A stretch of DNA of 64,000 bases from positions 1,633 through 65,632 of the forward strand of contig JASGKV010000010.1 in assembly GCA_049840575.1 (NCBI GenBank), written 5' to 3'. The notes beneath the pieces are model-generated. The model worked only from the letters and a program-made list of their open reading frames with translations, was not told the origin of the DNA and ran no database searches. Shown piece after piece: positions 44,559-55,618 of the stretch. Every line of letters begins with the position of its first letter. Position 1 is the first letter of the stretch. The position numbers and the translations under genes are program-made. This DNA is from Pirellulales bacterium. GTDB lineage: Bacteria > Planctomycetota > Planctomycetia > Pirellulales > JALHPA01.

Positions 44559-45912
44559 TTACTCTTCCTCGGGAGCCGGCGCGGGGCGTAGAAATTTCGC
44601 TTGCGGCGCGGCGACGATCCGACCGTTCTCGAAAATCACGCGACCGCGTACGATCGTCCGCACCGCCCGACAGCGGAACTCGCGGCCGACGTAGGGGCTT
44701 AATTTGTGCCGATCAAGCAGTTCATCGCGGGTCAACGCTCCCTGGGCTGCGACGTCGATCAACGCCAAATCGGCGTCGTTTCCCAACGAGATCGATCCCT
44801 TGTTCGCGATGCGAAAGCGATTCGCCACGTTGGCGGCGGTCAATGCGGCGACGCGTCCCGGCGACACGCCGATCGACAGCAACGCCGGTAACGTCGATTG
44901 CACTCCGGCGATTCCGCCCCAAACGGCGAAGAAATCCTGCGCGGTTTTCATCTCGGCCGGGGCCGGCGAATGGTCCGAGCCGACGATGTCCACGCGCCAA
45001 TCCTTGACCGCGCCGATCAGCGCGTCGCGTTCGGCGGCCGGACGGAGCGGCGGAGCGCATTTCGCGGGCGCGCCGATGCGTTCCATCTCGGCGTCGTCCA
45101 GCAGCAGATAGTGCGGACACGTTTCGCACGTGACGTCCACGCCGAACGCATCGCGATATTTCCGCAGATGCTCGACGCCCCGTTCGCTGCTGACGTGCAC
45201 CACGTGCAGCTTGCATTTCGTTTCGCGCGCGAACAACAACGCGCGTTGAATAGCTTCCAACTCGCAAACGATCGGCCGACTGTTCAAGTAATCGCGCACG
45301 CCCGTTTTACCGGCGTCGCGCGCCTGGCGCGTCCAGGCGGAGGTCAACGCGTCGCTTTCGGCATGCACCGCCACGGGCAGACCCAGCCCGGCGGCGATCT
45401 CCATGCCGCGGTACAACGTGGCGTCGTCGCAACAGGCGAAGTCCTCGATGCCCGAGTTCGACATAAACGCCTTGAACCCGATCACGCCGCGCTCGGCCAA
45501 CTCGGGCATGCGATCGAGATTCGCCGGCGTCAGTCCGCCCCACAGCGCGTAATCGGTCAATGACGACGCGTCGCAAACGGCTTTCTTCACGTCGAACGAC
45601 GCACCGTCGAGCGTCGGCGGCGACGCGTTCAACGGCATGTCGAAAAACGTCCCGCCGCCGCCGGCGGCCAACGCCGCCGACCCTGTCGCGACTCCTTCCC
45701 ACGCGGTTCGTCCGGGATCGTTGAAGTGGACGTGCGCGTCGATCACCGCCGGAAACACCCACTGTCCGGCGGCATCGATGATCGTTGCGGCAGGCAACGT
45801 CAGTTCGGGACCGAGTTCGACGATCGCGCTCTCCGCTCACGCCGATATCCTGCAGGGCGACGCCGTTGGGGCCGACCGTTTTTCCGCCCCGGATCAGCAG
45901 ATCCAACGCCAT
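44559..45912 (-). CDS. allB: Allantoinase (cyclic amidohydrolase; frame break near 45825)
   Basis: AVIDAHVHFNDPG, GIGFKAFM, VAVHAE, LHVVHVSS and GSDHSP metal-ligand pattern. The specific assignment rests on operon context. Confidence 0.8.
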
Positions 45913-45916
45913 CGGT

Positions 45917-46283
45917 TCAGCTCCCGCGATAAGTGGAATACGACCAGGGCGAAACCAACAGCGGCACGTGAAACTTTTGTGCGACGTCCTTTACGACGAA
46001 CACCAACGGCACTTGATCCAAAAACTTGCCGGCGTCCGGATTTTGCCGCGCGTGATAATACCTGCGCAACGTGAAAAATCAGGTGATACGTACCGGTCAG
46101 AAAATCGTCTCCCTCCAACAGCGCGCCGTCCGAGCGGCCGTCGGCATTCAGCGTAAACACTTTCAAACGCTCAGGGCGTCCATCGCCGGCGTCTTGGCCG
46201 TGTCGCCAGAGTTCGCCGGTCATCCCGGCCGCCGGCGAACCGGAAGCCACATCCAAAACATGCGTACTGATCCGACCTGACAT
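45917..46283 (-). CDS. hiuH: 5-hydroxyisourate hydrolase (transthyretin-like; frame break near 46070)
   Basis: MSGRISTHVLD. After the break it reads FLDQVPLVFVVKDVAQKFHVPLLVSPWSYSTYRGS, ending in the family-diagnostic YRGS C-terminus. Confidence 0.85.
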
Positions 46284-46312
46284 AAACGAATTCGCTTTGC
46301 GGGGAGTGGGAT

Positions 46313-47158
46313 TCAATCTCGAACGACCGTGCCGTGGATCAACCCGTACGGCTCGCTGGTAGTGACGAAGATATCGTTATCGTTCGTCAACCCTAACGGG
46401 GTCAAATTGAACGGGATGCGATGTTGGTTCGGCATGGTCATCGAAACCGTCGTCACGGCCGGCACGCGGGCCAGAATTTCTTCGCCAATGGCGAAGATCG
46501 TTTGCTGCACGGCCAAGCTGTCGTGTGCGGAAAAGATTTCCAAGATCGCCGTCAATGCCGCATCGTGGGTCGCGTTGAAATCGATCTCCAAGTCGCCGTA
46601 ATCCCATTCGGCGTTGATCGTCGTGGCGAAAATACGATCCGTCACTTCCGGCAGCGTCGTGTAGCGATCCTTGATGAAACCGACGAAACCCGAACGCGTC
46701 GTCTTGAGAACCTGCAAACCCGCGATCCCGGCCTTCACGGAAACGCCGTTCTCGCGCGAGGTTTTCACCGCGACGGTGCGTCGACCCGACCCACCGATCT
46801 GAAACGCGTGCAAGTGGTCTTCGCCGTCGACGCGGATCCGTTCCCAACGCGTCGCGTCGATCTCGGCGCTCGCCCAGGCGACGTGGGGAAACTCATCGAC
46901 GAAATGTTTGGCCAGGATCAGACCAAACGCCTCGGGCGAGTCGAACTCGTGCGACTTCGCTAGGGCGTATACGGTGTTTTTCATCGTGTCGGTCGGCACG
47001 CACGACGCGTTGTCGCCGTCTGTGTAAACCCGGGTGAACTCTCCGCCCAGCAGCAGCCGCACGCCGAATTCGTGCAGCGTATGCAGGTCGCCGGTACGGA
47101 CGACCTTCGTCAGCCGCACGTCGCTCTTGCCGTAATAATCCGCGCTCAATCTGGCCAT
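46313..47158 (-). CDS. Urate oxidase (cofactor-independent uricase)
   Basis: YGKSDVRLTKV, TDTMKNTVY, VLKTTRSGFVGF and NQHRIPF. The frame is intact. The start ATG shares a base with the upstream stop (TGATG). Confidence 0.9.
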   Translation of the reverse strand: MARLSADYYGKSDVRLTKVVRTGDLHTLHEFGVRLLLGGEFTRVYTDGDNASCVPTDTMKNTVYALAKSHEFDSPEAFGLILAKHFVDEFPHVAWASAEIDATRWERIRVDGEDHLHAFQIGGSGRRTVAVKTSRENGVSVKAGIAGLQVLKTTRSGFVGFIKDRYTTLPEVTDRIFATTINAEWDYGDLEIDFNATHDAALTAILEIFSAHDSLAVQQTIFAIGEEILARVPAVTTVSMTMPNQHRIPFNLTPLGLTNDNDIFVTTSEPYGLIHGTVVRD

Positions 47159-47675
47159 CAACCGAACTCCGTCAAAGCGTGCGACATTCGTAAACGGGCG
47201 ATCTTCTCGATTTCGACTAATGCGGTCGCGATCTCCGTCGCTCGATCCTGTTCCAAACGGTTGGGCATCGCGGCCAAAATCGCGTCCTTCTTATTCTCGC
47301 GCAGATGATGAACGGAAAGTCGAACTTCGCGCGGTATGCGGCGTTGTATCGGTCGAACTCGGCGATTTCGCCGGGCGTCAGCGACGTCAATCCGGCGGCC
47401 GCTTGCTCGGAGGTGCTGGCGGCCGTCAACGCCCCTTCGCGCGCCAAGCGTCCGACCAAATCGGGATGTCGCAGAATCAAATCGAGTGTTTCCTCATCGT
47501 TCGCAGCACGCAGCGTCGATACGAGCGCCGCGTGCAACGCATCGAGCGACGCGAACGGTCGCGCCGACCACGTACGCTCGGCGATCCATGGCGAATGTTC
47601 GAAAAACGGTCCGCAGATTTCCACGAACCGCGCTTGCGACGATCGATTCAGTTCGGCCAAGCCGACGCCGCTCAT
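47158..47675 (-). CDS. uraD: OHCU decarboxylase (frame break near 47300)
   Basis: FEHSPWIAE, LRHPDLVGR, YRAKFDFPFIICAR. The ENKKDAILAAM...EIEKIARLR tail reads in the next frame. Confidence 0.85.
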
Positions 47676-48888
47676 GTCGTCACCGCTTGCAACAGAATGC
47701 GCGTCGCGGCGGCGATATCCTCGATCCGACTGTATTCGGCCGGGTTGTGGCTGATGCCCCCTTCGCTGGCGATGAACAACATCGCCAGCGGTAGATACGG
47801 CGCGAGAATCGCCGCGTCGTGTAACGCGCCGCTGGCCGCGTCGGGTAGCGCGATTCCCAACGCGCCGGCCGCTTGTCGCAGACGATCACAGACTTCGACG
47901 TCGAGCGGCATGGCAGGCAACGTTTCGGTTTGCGCGAAGTCCAGCTCTAATCCGCGCCGCGCGGCGATTTCCATAATCGCCGTACGCAGTAACAGATCGC
48001 CTTCGGCCAACACGTCGTCGTTGCGTGCGCGAAAGTCGATGAAGAACGACGTGCGGCCCGGGATCACGTTCAAGCCGTTCGGCTCGTTGGTCAAGCGACC
48101 GACGGTCAGGACGGTGTGCGTCGTTTTTTGCACAAGCTCCAAGGCCAACTTCTCGCACGCCAACACGCACTCCGCCGCGCCGGTCAAGGCGTCGAAACGA
48201 TCGTGCATTTGCGTCGAACCGGCATGATTCGGCTTGCCGGTCAGCGTCACCGCGTATTGTCGACGACCGTTGATCGCCGTGACGACCGCCACCGGCACGC
48301 CGGCGTTCCACATCGCGGGGCCTTGTTCGACGTGCAGTTCGATCAAGCCGCGATAACGCCGGGGACCTAAACGATCTTCTTCCAAGCAATACGGATCGAC
48401 GCCGTAGGCCGCGCCGGCTTGCAAATAACTCAGCCCGTCGCGATTTTTCAATTCGCTCAAGCGTTCGGCGGTCAACGTCCCGACCCACGCCCGGCTGCCG
48501 AGCATTCCCAGGTTAAAGGTCGTCCCTTCTTCTTCGGCGAAGATGATCAGTTCCAACGGCGCATGCGCGCAACGCGCAACACCTCGAGCGGCGCGACGAT
48601 CCCGACGACGCCGTCGTACTTACCGCCGGTCGGGACCGAATCGATATGCGAGCCGCTGAGCCACAGGGGCTCTTCCCAGCCGAAACGTTGCGAGCGTATA
48701 TGGACGTTGCCCGCCGCGTCGAATCGCGTCTTGCAGCCGACGTCCATCGCTTGGTGCATCACGTAATCGCGCGCGGCCACCCACTGCGGAGTGAATGTCG
48801 GCCGGCTATAGCCGATCGACGACGCGACCTCGCTGAACCCGGCGATGGTTTCGATATCGTGCGCGATGCGTTCGGGAGAGACGGACAC
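47672..48888 (-). CDS. allC: Allantoate amidohydrolase / N-carbamoyl-amino-acid hydrolase (M20 family; frame break near 48560)
   Basis: SGSHIDSVPTGGKYDGVVG, IIFAEEEG, GKPNHAGST and IASEGGISHNP. Its stop overlaps the uraD start. Confidence 0.85.
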
Positions 48889-48954
48889 TGTAGGAGTGCG
48901 GAATGCGGAGTTTGGGACGCGGAATCAAGACGATGAAAGAATAGATACCAACGG

Positions 48955-49941
48955 CTACTTGCCGAATTGTTCGCGCCAGGCGACGCCGGTTTTTTCCATC
49001 GTCGAGTTCGCTTCGGTCCGGCGAATACGCGTCAGCGTCGGCATACCCAGCGCAAACTCCTGCATCCAATCCCGGGCGAATTCGCCCCGCTCGGTTTCGG
49101 CGAAGACCCGCCGGATTTCTTCGAGGTTGATCACGCGCGGCCCGCGCGTCCGCACCGCGAATTCGGCCGTGCGGCTACAACGACTCGTCAGGTAGCTTTC
49201 AATGCCGTGTTCGTCCATCACGTCGATCACGCAACGGAGCGAACGAATCGCCTTGGCGTAGGCGAAACTCGGCGGATAGCCGTTCTCGACCATCACGTTG
49301 AAGCAGGCTTTCATCAAGTGAATCGCGCCGCCGTACAAAATCTGTTCTTCGAAGTTGTCTCCTTCGGTCTCGTGCTGGAACGACATCTCGACCACGCCCG
49401 CCCGGGTCGAGCCGACCACCTTCGAGATGGCCAGCACGATCTCGCGGGCATCGCCCGTCGCGTCGTGATCGACCCCCACGCAGCCGTAAACGCCTTCGCC
49501 CTTCAAAAACTTTTCGCGCACGAACGCGCCCGGCGCATTCGGGACATACAGGACGGTGTTGACGGTCTTCGGCGGCTGGATCGCGCCGTACAGTACGTTG
49601 AATCCGTGGCAGAAACAAATCGTTTGGCCCGGCCGCAGATTCGGCCCGATGTCGGCCTTGTAGATCGGCGGCTGCGCGGGATCGGCCAATTCGATCAGCA
49701 GGATATCGGCTTTCTTCGTCGCGTCGGCGATGGAGTAGGCTTCGTACCCGTCGGCTTCGGCCTGCTTGCGCGACGGGCTGTCGGCCGCGGAGCGCGTGCC
49801 GATAATCACCTTGCAACCGCTATCGCGCGCGTTGGCCGCTTGGACCTTGCCCTGAATGCCGTACCCGATCACGGCCAAGGTTTTACCGTGCAAGATCGCG
49901 GCGTCGACGTCGGCGTCGCGATAAATCTTTTCCTGAAACAT
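48955..49941 (-). CDS. Ketol-acid reductoisomerase-fold protein, divergent from canonical IlvC
   Basis: Class I KARI length and layout (KTLAVIGYG, HGFN, ETEGDNFEEQ, TAEF). It has GIQGKVQA where KARIs have GSQGHAHA. It has AKAIRSLRCV where KARIs have FECLHELKLI. The frame is intact. It lies 67 nt upstream of allC on the same strand. Confidence 0.75.
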   Translation of the reverse strand: MFQEKIYRDADVDAAILHGKTLAVIGYGIQGKVQAANARDSGCKVIIGTRSAADSPSRKQAEADGYEAYSIADATKKADILLIELADPAQPPIYKADIGPNLRPGQTICFCHGFNVLYGAIQPPKTVNTVLYVPNAPGAFVREKFLKGEGVYGCVGVDHDATGDAREIVLAISKVVGSTRAGVVEMSFQHETEGDNFEEQILYGGAIHLMKACFNVMVENGYPPSFAYAKAIRSLRCVIDVMDEHGIESYLTSRCSRTAEFAVRTRGPRVINLEEIRRVFAETERGEFARDWMQEFALGMPTLTRIRRTEANSTMEKTGVAWREQFGK

Positions 49942-50312
49942 AAGCCGGGGGCATCAAAAAAGAACGCGGAGACGGCCCATCGCAAGACGACGCGTTTCGC
50001 CGTTCACCACGCATCGGTGCACGGAACCACGCACCTGACCGACGAATGACCGGGACGCCGCGGCGCGCGAATAAAGCACGGAGCGAAACGAAGAAATGAC
50101 GCGCTCGTGGATGACCGGAGAGATCCGATAAGGAATCGACGAGAGCCGACGCTTGGCCAATAGTATCCGTTCGACTCTGGGGAATCGCAAGAGAATTTTT
50201 CAACAGTCCCAAAATCCCCGCGAGTAGAGCGGACTGGGATTCCGAATGGGGATTTGGATAATCGAAGGAATCGGTTCGCCGCTCGTTCGCCGTTTCCCGC
50301 AGGCTCTTCGAC

Positions 50313-52609
50313 TTGACCGCTCAGCAAACCAACTTGTTCGGCGGCGACGACTCGCCTTGGGAGACCGACGACCGGCGCGATCGGTTGGTCGCGGCGGTTG
50401 TGTTTCCCGAGGGGCCGAACGAGCCGTACGACTATGAGGTGCCCGAGCCACTTCGCGAACGGATCCTCAAGGGGCAGCGCGTCCGAGCGCCGTTCGGTCG
50501 CGGCGATCGGCAGTTGGTCGGGTATTGCGTGGAACTCGGTCCGCGGCCCGAGTTGCAGCGAAAACTCAAGTCGTTGCACGAGATCGTCGACGCCGTGCCG
50601 CTGCTGACGCCGTCGATGTTGGACATCACCCGCTGGATGGCCGAGCATTATCTCTGCGACTGGGGCGACGCGTTGCAAACCGTGCTGCCGGCCGCTGTAC
50701 GCAGCAAGCAGACGTTGCGCGAGTTGACGATCGTCACGCTCGGCCCCGGCGTCAACCACATCCTGTACGGCGCGAAGCCGCCCAAACTGACGCCGAAGCA
50801 AGTCGGCATCCTCGATTTCCTGCGTGCCAATCCGGCACCGATTTCCCTGGCCGACTTGGCCGCGAAGTGCGATGTCTCGACCGCGCCGATTCAATCGCTG
50901 AAAACCAAAAACCTGTTGCGATTCACCAAAGAGTTTCTCGGCGCAGGGGTCGGCCCCGAACTCCCCGCCCCGCGCGATCGCCCGCTGACGCTCAATCAGG
51001 ATCAAACCCGCGCGTTCGAAGCGATCCGCGACGCGTTGCTCGGCGGCCGGCACGAATCCTTTCTGCTGCACGGCGTCACCGGCAGCGGAAAGACCGAAGT
51101 TTACATGCAGGCGATCGCCGAAACGCTGGCCTTCGGCAAGCAGGCGATCGTGCTGGTTCCCGAAATCAGCCTGACGCCGCAAACCCGCGACCGCTTCCGG
51201 GCACGATTCGAACACGTCGCCGTGCTCCACAGCCACTTGCGCGACGCCGAAAGACTGTGGCATTGGGAACGGATCGTCCGCGGCGAGGTTTCGGTCGTCG
51301 TCGGCGCACGGAGCGCGATCTTCGCCCCCTGCCCTCGCCTGGGTTTGATCGTCTTAGACGAAGAGCACGAAGGGTCGTTCAAGCAAGACAAAGCGCCGCG
51401 TTATCATGCGCGCGACGTCGCGTTTCATCGGGCCTGCGCGCGAAAAAATCCCGCTGATTCTCGGTTCGGCGACACCCGCGCTGGAAAGTTGGCGACGCGC
51501 GTTGACCGGAGAGACCGTGTTGTGCGATCTGCCGGCCCGGGTCTCGAACCGACCGATGCCGCACGTCGGCACTATCGATTTGCGGATCGAAACGCAAAAC
51601 CGCATGCAACGCGGCGCGATCAGCCGACCTCTCCACGGCGCGATCACCGCCGCGTTGGCCGATCGCGGCCAAGTCATCCTGCTGCTCAATCGGCGCGGCT
51701 ACAGCACGCACATTCAATGTCCCGGATGCGGCTTCGTGTTCGTCTGCCCGCATTGCGACATCTCGCTCACGCACCACAAGTCCGGCGAGACGGCCGTTTG
51801 TCACTATTGCGACTATCAACGCACCGCGCCCGACGAAGTGCGAGGAATGCGGCTTCAGCGGCATGCGGTACAGCGGGTTGGGGACGCAGCGTTTGGAAGC
51901 CGAGGTCCGCGCCCGCTTTCGCGAAGCCAGCGTCCTGCGGATGGACACCGACACGATGCAACAACCCGGCAGCTACGTCAAGGCGTTCGAAAGCTTCCGC
52001 CGCCACGAGGTCGACATCATGCTGGGGACCCAGATGATCGCCAAGGGCTTGGACTTTCCGGACGTCGTGCTCGTCGGCGTCATTAACGCGGACACCGCCC
52101 TGCACTTGCCCGATTACCGCGCGTCCGAGCGGACGTTCCAGTTGGTGACGCAAGTCGCCGGACGCACCGGCCGCGGCGAGCGGGGCGGTCGGGTGTTGGT
52201 GCAAACGTTCAACCCCGAGCATCCTGCGATTCAAGCGGCGGTCAAGCACGATTACCTGATGTTCGCCGACGCCGAGTTGCCCGTGCGCGAGGCGTTCCAC
52301 TATCCGCCGTATTGGTCGTTGGCCCGGATGATCGTCCGTGGGCCCGCCGAAAAACGGGTCGAGGCGTTCGCCAAAACCTTGGCCGAACGCGTGGAGGCCG
52401 CGCTGCAAACCTCGGGCGTCGAACATCGCATCCTGGGTCCCGCGCCGGCTCCGTTGGCGAAGATCCGCAATCTGTATCGCTATCACTTTCAGATGCAGTG
52501 TCCCGACGGCGATGTGTTACGCGCCGCGCTCCGCACGGTCGTCTACAAACTAACACCCCCGGACGAGATTCAATTCGCGATCGACGTGGATCCGCAGGAT
52601 ATGCTTTGA
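50313..52609 (+). CDS. priA: Primosomal protein N' (replication restart helicase; frame breaks near 51415 and 51840)
   Basis: GVTGSGKTEVY Walker A, VLDEEH, the Cys-rich zinc region CPGCGFVFVCPHCDISLTHH...CHYCDY, and GTQMIAKGLDFPDV. Confidence 0.9.
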
Positions 52610-52618
52610 ACTAGGTTA

Positions 52619-52808
52619 CGGGGTTCGGGTTTCAGGGTTCGGAAAACGCCTGGCGGGGCGACCTCGATTTTGATGGCGTGCGAACACGACGGCTCTCCGT
52701 TCGCTTTTGCTCTGGCTCGCGATTTCGATGCATTTTAGGATGAGGGAACCGTTTCAGGTAACGCGTCGCCCGTGTACGTCGAAACTCGCTCCTGAAACCC
52801 GAACCCCG
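52619..52808. repeat. Element bounded by a perfect 18-bp inverted repeat (CGGGGTTCGGGTTTCAGG / CCTGAAACCCGAACCCCG)
   Basis: The arms at 52619-52636 and 52791-52808 enclose 154 nt in the priA-kinase intergenic region. Both arms sit in GGGTTC/GAACCC-rich runs. Confidence 0.55.
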
Positions 52809-52849
52809 ACCCCCGAAACCCCTCTCTGTCTTACAACTCCTTCAAACGC

Positions 52850-54568
52850 GTGCTGGGGGAAACGAGCTTGGAGCGGAAATGCCGCTTCTTGTTCGGCGCG
52901 TGTCTGTTGGTGCTCATCACCGGCAGCTTTTGGTGGTACGGCAGCCGGACCGAAGTGCTGGTCTACGCCAACACGCGTAATACCGGCCGCGCGCTGGTCA
53001 ATCCGATCCTGGTTCAAGTCCACTGGTGGAACGACGAGGAAAATAAGCAACGCGACGTCGGCAAAATGTTCGAGTCGATGGTCAAACGCTGGCAGACCGA
53101 ACGCTTCGAGTTTCAGGTTCTCAACCTCAACAGCGATAAGCCCGACCGCCAGCCGTTGGATCAAATCGACCGGGCGATCTACGAAAAATTCCTTCGCTTA
53201 GAGCCGTATCAACCGACCGGCAAAAAGCCGCACGATGGGAACGTGCTGCAGATCGATGACTCGCACGAGGATCTCTACGAGGAACGCCGCGACGACAAGC
53301 TGGAGAAATATTCGTATTACCAACCGATTTTCGCGACCGACCAAGCTTGCGTGAATTGCCATCGCAACTACGGCAAGTCGGGGCTTGCCCTGACCGGCGC
53401 GCCGGGGACGCGCCCCATGGAAACCGGCGATCTGCTGGGCGTCGTGAAGGTCGTCTTGCCCGACGCCGACACGCAAGGCGCGATCAACAAAAACCGCGCG
53501 TTCCTACTCGCCACGGCGATCATCACCGTGTTCATGGCCATGATCGCGGCCTACGTCATCGTGCGGTACGTCATCGTCAAACCGCTGAAGCATCTGCGCG
53601 ACGTCAGCGAAGACGTCAGCCGAGGCGACTTCAACGCGCGGGCCGACATTCAAACCGCCGACGAATTCGAAGATCTGGCCAAGGCGTTCAACAAAATGTT
53701 GCGGCACTTGGTCAACTCGCAAGAAGAACTGAAGCAGGCCAACAACAATCTCGACGGCAAGGTCGACGAGCTGGCCCAACTCAACATGCGGCTCTACGAA
53801 ATGAACCGCTTGAAGAGCGACTTCCTGGCCACGATGAGCCACGAATTGCGCACGCCGCTAAACAGCATCATCGGGTTCAGCGACGTGTTGAGTTCCATCA
53901 AGTCGCTCGACGACAAGCAGCATCGCTACGTCGGCAACATCCAAAAATCGGGCCGGATGCTGCTGGACATGATCAACGACATCCTCGATCTGGCCAAGAT
54001 CGAGAGCGGCAAGATGGAGATCAAACCGGTCGAATTCCAAATCGAAAACGCCGTCAGCGCGCAATGCGACATGGCCAAACCGTTGGCCGAACGCAAGAAC
54101 ATCGACCTGCTCTGCGAAGTCGAAGACGACGTCCGCCCCATGTTCCAAGACATGGGCAAGATCCAACAAATCCTCAACAATCTGCTCTCGAACGCGATCA
54201 AGTTCACGCCCGAGGGAGGCCGCATCGTGGTCGCGGCCAAGGAAGACGCCGAGACGGGCGACCTGCTGCTCGGCGTGACCGACAACGGCGTGGGGATCGC
54301 CGTGGAAGATCAAACGGCGATCTTCGAAAAATTCCGCCAAGGGGGCCAAGTCCTCGCCCGCGGCGACGCGATGACCCGCGAATACAGCGGCACCGGCCTG
54401 GGCCTGTCGATCGTCAAAGAGATCTGCAAACTGCTCGGCGGCGAGATCACGCTGAAAAGCGAACTCGGCCAAGGCAGCACGTTCACCGTCCGCCTCCCCT
54501 GGGTGCTGGGCGACGGCGAACTGAACGCCGGCCTGGCCACGAAACCGTCGTTCAAAGCGCTCACTTAG
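52850..54568 (+). CDS. Sensor histidine kinase with periplasmic CxxCH (DUF3365-like) sensor, HAMP, HisKA and HATPase domains
   Basis: TM segment, CVNCH at nt 53347-53361, second TM segment, HAMP, H-box SHELRTPLN, N-box NLLSNAIKFT and G-box GTGLGLSI. The frame is intact. Confidence 0.9.
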   Translation: MLGETSLERKCRFLFGACLLVLITGSFWWYGSRTEVLVYANTRNTGRALVNPILVQVHWWNDEENKQRDVGKMFESMVKRWQTERFEFQVLNLNSDKPDRQPLDQIDRAIYEKFLRLEPYQPTGKKPHDGNVLQIDDSHEDLYEERRDDKLEKYSYYQPIFATDQACVNCHRNYGKSGLALTGAPGTRPMETGDLLGVVKVVLPDADTQGAINKNRAFLLATAIITVFMAMIAAYVIVRYVIVKPLKHLRDVSEDVSRGDFNARADIQTADEFEDLAKAFNKMLRHLVNSQEELKQANNNLDGKVDELAQLNMRLYEMNRLKSDFLATMSHELRTPLNSIIGFSDVLSSIKSLDDKQHRYVGNIQKSGRMLLDMINDILDLAKIESGKMEIKPVEFQIENAVSAQCDMAKPLAERKNIDLLCEVEDDVRPMFQDMGKIQQILNNLLSNAIKFTPEGGRIVVAAKEDAETGDLLLGVTDNGVGIAVEDQTAIFEKFRQGGQVLARGDAMTREYSGTGLGLSIVKEICKLLGGEITLKSELGQGSTFTVRLPWVLGDGELNAGLATKPSFKALT

Positions 54569-54642
54569 GTTCCGGTCCCCGACCGAGACCGAATCGCCGA
54601 AACGCATAAAGACAACAAAAACCCCGACGAACGCGTCTGGAC

Positions 54643-55039
54643 CTATTTGGCTGCCGCGGCTTTGACGAGCGCCGTGAACGCCGCCGCGTCGAGCGCGTCA
54701 TCTTCGCGCAGATCGATCGCGCGGCGGACGTTTCCCTCCAACCCCGCGTTGAACAATCCCGCCGGATCGGGCAGCTTCGCCCCCTGGGCGAACGTCAGCT
54801 TGACGTACGTCTTATACGTCTCGCCGGTGCAGAGGATGTTGACCTTGCCGTCGGCCGGCAACGACCACACCGGCACGCCGGCCGGGTTCGTCGGCTTGAT
54901 CCATTTCCGTTCCTCCACCACGCCGGGCACCGCTTTTTGAATCAGCGTCCGTACGCGACCCAGCGTCGCGGCGCCAATCGGCGTTCGAGGGTTTCGGCGC
55001 GGCGGCTTTCGTCTTCGGAGTCGGTTTGGATTTCGCCAT
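54643..55039 (-). CDS. DUF1801 (YdhG-like) protein with a Lys/Pro-rich N-terminus (frame break near 54985)
   Basis: MAKSKPTPKTKAAAPKP joins IGAATLGRVRTLIQKAVPGVVEERKWIKP...TYVKLTFAQGAKL. Confidence 0.7.
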
Positions 55040-55040
55040 T

Positions 55041-55556
55041 TCACATCTTCTCCAGCGGCAGCTTGCTCGCTTGTTTGATCCAGTCGCAGAATTGTTTTTC
55101 GTCCAGTACGTGATCCTCGCGGATGTCGAAATAGCGAACGTTTTTCTGTTTCGACTCGCCCGGCGGCAGCGGCTTCAGCGAAGTTCCTTGGAAGAACGAG
55201 ACCTTCAGGTACTTATCGAAGCAGTGGTAGCCCATGAACCAGCCTTGGTCTTCGAAACCGTAGAACGGCGTGTTCCACTTCACCGCTTTGGCGACGTTCG
55301 GCACCGTCTTGACGATCAACGCGTCGATCCGCCGGCACAGCTCGCGCTTCCAGCCCGGCACGGCCGCGATGTAGGCCTGCACCGGCGCGTCGCCGTAGCC
55401 CTTGGCGATCTGCGGGTTGCCTCCCGAAAGCAGCACCACGCCGTCGGCGTTGGGCTTCAGCGGCGGGCGATCCATTTTCGGCTTGGTCGCTTTCTGGGCG
55501 GTTTTTTTGGCCGTTTTCTTCACAGGCTTGGATGCTTTGGAGACTTTTTTCGCCAT
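55041..55556 (-). CDS. DUF1801 (YdhG-like) protein with a Lys-rich N-terminus
   Basis: MAKKVSKASKPVKKTAKKTAQKATKPK, then IDALIVKTVPNVAKAVKWNTPFYG and YLKVSFFQG. Confidence 0.75.
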   Translation of the reverse strand: MAKKVSKASKPVKKTAKKTAQKATKPKMDRPPLKPNADGVVLLSGGNPQIAKGYGDAPVQAYIAAVPGWKRELCRRIDALIVKTVPNVAKAVKWNTPFYGFEDQGWFMGYHCFDKYLKVSFFQGTSLKPLPPGESKQKNVRYFDIREDHVLDEKQFCDWIKQASKLPLEKM

Positions 55557-55618
55557 GAGTTTCAACTCGAAGCAGTTGGACTTTCGGAAGAACGCGTGAT
55601 TGAACGACTCGACCAATT

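Noticed and set aside
50004-51263. A 419-aa minus-strand ORF.
   Set aside because: It is antisense to priA, whose plus-strand frame shows Walker A, DEEH and zinc-finger motifs. This is a typical high-GC shadow ORF. The same reasoning applies to 8301-9095, 9228-10091, 31418-32164, 43420-44460, 47220-48227 and 48967-50049.
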